Shown here one piece after another: positions 58,773 through 64,000 of a stretch of DNA of 64,000 nt. The translations under genes were made by a program, and so were the position numbers. Position 1 is the first letter of the stretch. Every line of letters starts with the position of its first letter. The DNA comes from Candidatus Limihabitans stercoravium (GTDB taxonomy: Bacteria; Bacillota; Clostridia; Christensenellales; CAG-314). The stretch covers positions 9,394 to 73,393 of the forward strand of contig DVLO01000008.1 of assembly GCA_018715495.1 (NCBI GenBank). The letters run 5' to 3'. Under the pieces are notes generated by a model. It did no database searches. It was not told the origin of the DNA and saw only the letters and a program-made list of their open reading frames with translations.

Positions 58773-59396
58773 ATGAAAATAGTACTTTTGGGTGCACCGG
58801 GTAGCGGTAAAGGTACTCATGCACAAAGACTTACTAAAGAACTCAACATTCCGCAGATCTCCACAGGGGACATCTTCCGTAAGAACCTGAAGGAAGAAAC
58901 CCCCTTGGGTTTGCAGGTCAAGGAAATCATGGCTAAGGGACAACTTGTTCCCGACGCTATAACCGTTGCAATCGTAAAGGACAGACTTGCCCAGGACGAC
59001 TGTGCCAACGGTTACATTCTGGACGGTTTCCCCCGTTCGCTTGTTCAGGCTGAAGAACTTGACAAGTTTGAAGATGTACAGTTCGCCGTCAACATCGACG
59101 TTGACAAGCAGGCTGTAATCGACAGACTTAGCGGCAGACGTTTTTGTCCCGATTGCAACGGAACATATCACGTTTCCACTTTAAACGGTCAAGACAAGTG
59201 TCCTAATTGCGGCGGAACGCTGATTACTCGTCAAGACGACAGCGAACAGACTGTTCGTGACAGACTGGATGTATACGAAAAGACAACCATGCCTTTGATT
59301 GATTACTACGCCCGCCAGGGTAAGTTGGTAAACGTTGACGGCAATGGTACAATCGAAGAAGTGTACAACAGAGTATTGCGTGCAATTGGAAAATGA
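58773..59396 (+). CDS. adk: Adenylate kinase (Zn-lid)
   Basis: GAPGSGKGT, LDGFPR, CPDC/CPNC. Confidence 0.98.
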   Translation: MKIVLLGAPGSGKGTHAQRLTKELNIPQISTGDIFRKNLKEETPLGLQVKEIMAKGQLVPDAITVAIVKDRLAQDDCANGYILDGFPRSLVQAEELDKFEDVQFAVNIDVDKQAVIDRLSGRRFCPDCNGTYHVSTLNGQDKCPNCGGTLITRQDDSEQTVRDRLDVYEKTTMPLIDYYARQGKLVNVDGNGTIEEVYNRVLRAIGK

Positions 59397-60142
59397 TTAC
59401 CGTCAAGACATCTTCGCAGATTGAATTGATGCGAAAAGCCAATCTTATTGTGAGAGACACGTTGCAGTTGCTGATGGACAATACCCGTCCGGGAATTTCC
59501 ACCTGGCAACTCAACAAGTTGGCTCACGATTACATTGTTTCTCAGAATGCCATTCCCAGTTTTTTGAACTACAACGGATATCCCGCAAGCATTTGCGTAT
59601 CTGTTGATTGTGAGGTCGTACACGGCATTCCTTCCAAACACAAGATATTGGAAGAAGGTCAGATTGTCAGTTACGACGTGGGAGCAATCTATCAGGGATG
59701 GAACGGTGATGCCGCACGTACGGTGGGCGTTGGTATAATTTCAGACGAATGTCAGAAATTGATCGACGTAACCAAGGAATGTTTCTTCCAGGCAATCAAA
59801 GCTATTGAAGGAGGCAACACAAGACTGGGCGACATCGGACATGCAGTGCAGAGCTATGCCGAAAGTTACGGTTACGGAGTTGTGCGTGAACTTGTGGGAC
59901 ACGGAATAGGTCGTCACATGCACGAAGAACCCGATGTGCCAAACTTTGGGGTCAAGGGACACGGACTGCGTCTTACTCCCGGAATGACAGTAGCCATCGA
60001 ACCCATGATAAACATGGGCACCGAAAAGGTAGACTTCATGTCGGACGGCTGGACAGTCAAGACACGTGACCGCAAACCGTCTGCACACTACGAAAACACT
60101 GTGGCTCTGACAGAAAACGGCGTTGAGATTTTGAGTTTGTAA
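59393..60142 (+). CDS. map: Methionine aminopeptidase type I
   Basis: HGIP, GHGIG, IEPM, SAHYE. Confidence 0.97.
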   Translation: MITVKTSSQIELMRKANLIVRDTLQLLMDNTRPGISTWQLNKLAHDYIVSQNAIPSFLNYNGYPASICVSVDCEVVHGIPSKHKILEEGQIVSYDVGAIYQGWNGDAARTVGVGIISDECQKLIDVTKECFFQAIKAIEGGNTRLGDIGHAVQSYAESYGYGVVRELVGHGIGRHMHEEPDVPNFGVKGHGLRLTPGMTVAIEPMINMGTEKVDFMSDGWTVKTRDRKPSAHYENTVALTENGVEILSL

Positions 60143-60152
60143 CAGGAACAAT

Positions 60153-60440
60153 ATGACAAACAACATGTTGCATATAGGCAGCGTAGTGCTGTCCGTGAGG
60201 GGCAGGGACAAAGGCAATTACTTCACTGTAATTGAGCAAGTAGGTGATGTTGTGTACATCGCCGACGGTGACAGACACAAGTTGTCCTCTCCCAAGAAAA
60301 AAAACATAAAACACGTGCGTAGTTGCGGTGAAGTGCTTGAAGGTATCGCTGACAAACTTACTGAAAACAAGAAGGTTTTCGACAGCGAACTGCGCAGCGC
60401 TTTGCGTCGCTACAACGACACAATGCAAAAAACCCAATAG
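60153..60440 (+). CDS. KOW-domain (L14e-like) protein
   Basis: GRDKG, ADGD, PKKKN.KH; conserved position between map and infA. Confidence 0.88.
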   Translation: MTNNMLHIGSVVLSVRGRDKGNYFTVIEQVGDVVYIADGDRHKLSSPKKKNIKHVRSCGEVLEGIADKLTENKKVFDSELRSALRRYNDTMQKTQ

Positions 60441-60482
60441 GGTATTGCCAAACCGGCACAAAAAAAATATAAGGAGATTCAA

Positions 60483-60707
60483 ATGTCAAAAGACGACGTT
60501 ATTGAAGTTGAAGGCGTGGTAGTTGAAGCGTTGAGAAATGCGGAATTCCGTGTCAGACTTTCCAACAATCACGAAATCATTGCATATGTATCGGGCAAGC
60601 TGAGGATACACTCTATCCGTATTCTGCCGGGCGATGCAGTCAAGGTGGAAATGAGTCCATATGACCTGACAAAGGGTCGTATCGTATGGCGTTCCAAGGG
60701 TAACTGA
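60483..60707 (+). CDS. infA: Translation initiation factor IF-1
   Basis: [22 protein letters not shown]. Confidence 0.98.
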   Translation: MSKDDVIEVEGVVVEALRNAEFRVRLSNNHEIIAYVSGKLRIHSIRILPGDAVKVEMSPYDLTKGRIVWRSKGN

Positions 60708-60769
60708 CAGTCAAGACAAACATTTCCGTACAATACAAGGCCGGTTAACGGCATTTAAGGAGGACAATC

Positions 60770-60886
60770 ATGAAAGTAAAACCATCGGTAAAACCAATTT
60801 GCGACAAGTGCAAGGTTATCAAGCGTAACGGCAAAGTAATGGTAATTTGTTCCAAGTATCCCAAACACAAGCAAAGACAAGGTTAA
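60770..60886 (+). CDS. rpmJ: 50S ribosomal protein L36 (not in ORF track)
   Basis: Translated by hand: [38 protein letters not shown]; RBS AAGGAGG. Confidence 0.97.
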   Translation: MKVKPSVKPICDKCKVIKRNGKVMVICSKYPKHKQRQG

Positions 60887-61001
60887 TAGGGATGTGGTCA
60901 TGGTCCAGCCGATCAACGCAACGACATTCCACACAAGGTTGCACGGCTGACTCATGTGTATATAAATCATTTTTCTTTAAATTTTAAAAGGAGATTTAAG
61001 T

Positions 61002-61373
61002 ATGGCTCGTATTTCCGGCGTAGATTTGCCAAGAGAAAAACGTATACAAATCGGCCTGACTTACATTTACGGCATTGGTCGTACAACCGCTGACCGTATT
61101 TTGGCAGAAACAGGCGTAAATCCGGATACTCGTGTTAAGGATCTTACTGAAGACGACGTATCTAAGATTCGTGAATATATTGAACACCATCTTCATGTAG
61201 AAGGTGACCGCAGACGTGAAGTTGCGCTCGACATCAAAAGACAAATGGAAATCGGTTCTTACAGAGGTATCCGTCACAGAAAGGGACTTCCCGTAAGAGG
61301 ACAATCCACTAAGCAAAATGCTCGTACCAGAAAGGGACCGAAGCGCACGGTATCCCGTGGTAAGAAAAAGTAA
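61002..61373 (+). CDS. rpsM: 30S ribosomal protein S13
   Basis: [19 protein letters not shown]. Confidence 0.98.
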   Translation: MARISGVDLPREKRIQIGLTYIYGIGRTTADRILAETGVNPDTRVKDLTEDDVSKIREYIEHHLHVEGDRRREVALDIKRQMEIGSYRGIRHRKGLPVRGQSTKQNARTRKGPKRTVSRGKKK

Positions 61374-61392
61374 TCAAAGGAGGTAATGATCA

Positions 61393-61782
61393 ATGGCTGT
61401 AAAGAAAATTGTCAAGAAAAAGAAAGATTTACGCAAGGTTGACAAGGGACAAGTTCATATTCATGCTTCCTTCAACAACACAATCGTTACATTTACCGAC
61501 ATGAACGGTAACGCTCTCAGTCAATGCAGCTCCGGTGCATTGGGATTCCGTGGTTCTCGTAAGAGCACAGCTTTCGCTGCTCAACAAGCTGCTGAAAAGG
61601 CTGCTCAACAGGCTAAGGAATACGGTCTGCGTTCGGTAGAAGTGTATGTCAAGGGTCCCGGTCAAGGCAGAGAATCTGCTATCCGTGCATTGCAAACAGC
61701 AGAAATCGACGTAACACTCATCCGTGACGTATCCCCCATCCCTCACAATGGATGCCGTCCACCAAAGCGCAGAAGAATTTAA
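61393..61782 (+). CDS. rpsK: 30S ribosomal protein S11
   Basis: [16 protein letters not shown]. Confidence 0.98.
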   Translation: MAVKKIVKKKKDLRKVDKGQVHIHASFNNTIVTFTDMNGNALSQCSSGALGFRGSRKSTAFAAQQAAEKAAQQAKEYGLRSVEVYVKGPGQGRESAIRALQTAEIDVTLIRDVSPIPHNGCRPPKRRRI

Positions 61783-61800
61783 CAAGGAGATTGATCAAGT

Positions 61801-62427
61801 ATGGCTAGAAATACAACTGCAGATTGCCGTCAATGCAGACGTGAAAAATGCAAATTGTTTCTCAAGGGCGAAAGATGCTACACCGACAAATGCGCTTTGA
61901 CCAAACGCAACAAGATCCCCGGCCAGCATGCTGACGGTCGTAAGAAGATTACTGAATACGGCTTGCAATTGAGAGAAAAACAAAAGACAAAGAGAATCTA
62001 CGGTTTGCAGGAAAAGCAATTCCGTAAGTACTACGAAGAAGCAGAACGTCAAAGTGGTGTTACCGGCGCTACAATGCTTATTTTGCTTGAACAAAGACTG
62101 GACAACGTTGTTTACCGTATGGGTATCGGCGTATCCCGTAGCCAGGCAAGACAGTTTGTAAACCACGGTCTGATCACAGTCAACGGTAAGCGTGTAACTA
62201 TCCCCAGTTACCAAATCAGCGTTGGCGACGTTATTTCCATCAAGGAAAGCAAGGCTGATCAACCTTTGTTTGCTCAACTTAAACAATCCAAGAAACCCGC
62301 AAATCTCCCCAAATGGCTCGATTTCGAACCCGCTGAACTTACAGGTAAAGTTCTTGCTAAACCGGTAAGAGAAGACATCGACATGAGCATCCAGGAGCAC
62401 ATGATTGTCGAATTGTATTCAAAGTAA
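61801..62427 (+). CDS. rpsD: 30S ribosomal protein S4
   Basis: CRQCRRE, QLREKQK, RLDNVVYR, VELYSK. Confidence 0.98.
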   Translation: MARNTTADCRQCRREKCKLFLKGERCYTDKCALTKRNKIPGQHADGRKKITEYGLQLREKQKTKRIYGLQEKQFRKYYEEAERQSGVTGATMLILLEQRLDNVVYRMGIGVSRSQARQFVNHGLITVNGKRVTIPSYQISVGDVISIKESKADQPLFAQLKQSKKPANLPKWLDFEPAELTGKVLAKPVREDIDMSIQEHMIVELYSK

Positions 62428-62526
62428 GCAGTAACTTAATTTTACAACCGACGAAGGTGACATTGGACGCCTTGCTGTGTCCAGTGTTGCTTGCTCAAAT
62501 TAAATTTTTAAAGGAGATTGTTGTCC

Positions 62527-63498
62527 ATGATGGAAATAGAAAAACCAGTAATGACAGTCGAAGAAAGTGGTGTCAATGCCAGCATCGTGAAGATCGTTGC
62601 AGAGCCGCTTGAAAGAGGTTACGGCATCACTCTCGGTAACGCATTGAGAAGAGTACTTCTTGCTGCGCTTCCCGGTGTAGCTGTTGTAGGTATCTCAATC
62701 GACGGCGTTCAACACGAATTCTCCACAGTACCCGGTGTCAAGGAAGATGTCACCGACATGATCCTCAACATCAAGTGCCTTGCATTGAAATCCTCTAACG
62801 AAGACAATGACTTCCGCAAGACCATCTCTATTCGTAAGGTTGGTCCATGTGAAGTTCGTGCAGGAGATATCATTACTGACGCTGAAGTGGAAGTGCTGAA
62901 CCCCGATTTGTACATCTGCACATTGGAAGAAGGTTACTCCTTCAACTGTGACTTGTACGTTGGTCGTGGTTGCGGCTACGCTTCTATCGAAAAGAACAAG
63001 GAAAGAAACAGAGAACTCAAACTCAACTATCCCATCGGCTTTATCCCCATCGACTCGGTTTTTGGACCTGTCAAGAAGGCAAGTTACAACGTAGAAAGCG
63101 CTCGTATCGGTCAAGACCTTTCTCACGACAAACTTACTCTTGAAGTAGAAACCAACGGAGCATTTTCCGGTAGAGAAATTGTTTCATTGGCTGCTAAGAT
63201 CATTGAAGATCACATCAGAATGTTTGTGGATTTGTCCAGCAACTTCAACAAGGATATTCTTATCCCACGTGAATCCGACAACCACAAGAAAGTTTTGGAA
63301 ATGAACATCGACGACATGGATTTGTCCGTACGTTCGTACAACTGCTTGAAGCGTGCAGGTATTCAAACCGTTGAAGATCTTACACGTAAGAGTGAGGACG
63401 ATATGCTGAAAGTGCGTAACCTCGGTCGCAAGTCTTTGGACGAAGTTATCGCTAAGTTGGAAAGTTACGGCTTGTCTTTGAGAAATAAGGATGAATAG
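62527..63498 (+). CDS. rpoA: RNA polymerase alpha subunit
   Basis: EPLERGYGITLGNALRR, LSVRSYNCLKR, NLGRKS; start choice 62527 approximate. Confidence 0.97.
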   Translation: MMEIEKPVMTVEESGVNASIVKIVAEPLERGYGITLGNALRRVLLAALPGVAVVGISIDGVQHEFSTVPGVKEDVTDMILNIKCLALKSSNEDNDFRKTISIRKVGPCEVRAGDIITDAEVEVLNPDLYICTLEEGYSFNCDLYVGRGCGYASIEKNKERNRELKLNYPIGFIPIDSVFGPVKKASYNVESARIGQDLSHDKLTLEVETNGAFSGREIVSLAAKIIEDHIRMFVDLSSNFNKDILIPRESDNHKKVLEMNIDDMDLSVRSYNCLKRAGIQTVEDLTRKSEDDMLKVRNLGRKSLDEVIAKLESYGLSLRNKDE

Positions 63499-63512
63499 GA
63501 GAAATTTACACA

Positions 63513-64000
63513 ATGGCATTACAAAGAAAATTAGGAAAAGCAACCGATCTCAGACTTGCGTTGCTTAAAAACCAGGTTTCCCAATTGTTGTGGAACGGTA
63601 AACTTGAAACAACCGAAGCACGTGCCAAGGAAGTCAGAAAGCTTGCCGAAAAATACATCACTCTTGCCGTAAACACCTACAAGGACACGGTTGAAGTTGA
63701 AAAGACCAAGATCGTAAAGGGCAAGGAAACAAAAGTCAAGGTATTGAACGACGGTGCAAACAAGCTTGCTGCAAGACGTCAGTTGATGGCTGGACTCAGC
63801 GACCTTCAGGAACAAAGACGTCCCAAGGAAACTCGCACAGAGTTCGCTGCAAGAACCAAGGAAGTAAAGCACCCCTTGATTGAAAAGATGTTCAACTACT
63901 ACGGACCTCGTTTCGACAAGCGTGCCGAAGAAAAGGGACAAAAGGGTGGTTACACAGCAATCTACAAGATGAATCCTCGCCGTGGTGACGCTGCGGAAAT
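63513..64000 (+). CDS. rplQ: 50S ribosomal protein L17, 3'-truncated by window edge
   Basis: Translated by hand: MALQRKLG..ETTEARAKEVR..GGYT..RRGDAA. Confidence 0.95.
   Translation, partial: MALQRKLGKATDLRLALLKNQVSQLLWNGKLETTEARAKEVRKLAEKYITLAVNTYKDTVEVEKTKIVKGKETKVKVLNDGANKLAARRQLMAGLSDLQEQRRPKETRTEFAARTKEVKHPLIEKMFNYYGPRFDKRAEEKGQKGGYTAIYKMNPRRGDAAE

Noticed and set aside
1-64000. Stop-codon reassignment suggested by the TAA at the prfB shift site
   Set aside because: TGA, TAG and TAA all end conserved genes at their expected C-termini (e.g. proS ARAY-TGA, rpoA TAG).

Overview
Chromosomal window of a Firmicute, most likely Clostridia (inferred from gene order, sigmaA-type promoters and many lipoproteins), using standard genetic code 11. 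1-9 kb: metK (partial), recD2-comF-secA-prfB and cysK; the prfB +1 frameshift site is the non-canonical CTT-TAA. 9-18 kb: GNATs, ThpR, an M1 peptidase, TetR, YitT, MATE and three tandem Zn-ribbon membrane paralogs. 17.7-20.4 kb: a SLOG/XRE divergon and an AT-rich two-gene cassette containing a 36-bp coding repeat, next to tRNA-Arg(ACG). 20.7-37 kb: an enlarged RND transporter, surface lipoproteins, trkHA with a duplicated promoter and 5' end, a cobalamin riboswitch with a B12 ECF module, and proS. 37.6-46.2 kb: a strongly remodelled Opp-type ABC importer with an apparently circularly permuted OppA, an RCC1 propeller inserted in OppC, a coiled coil inserted in OppF, and a structured leader. 48-64 kb: the S10-spc-alpha ribosomal superoperon to partial rplQ, with several extended r-proteins. 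No CRISPR array, integrase or transposase was seen. All family assignments come from motif recognition by eye; no database searches were run.
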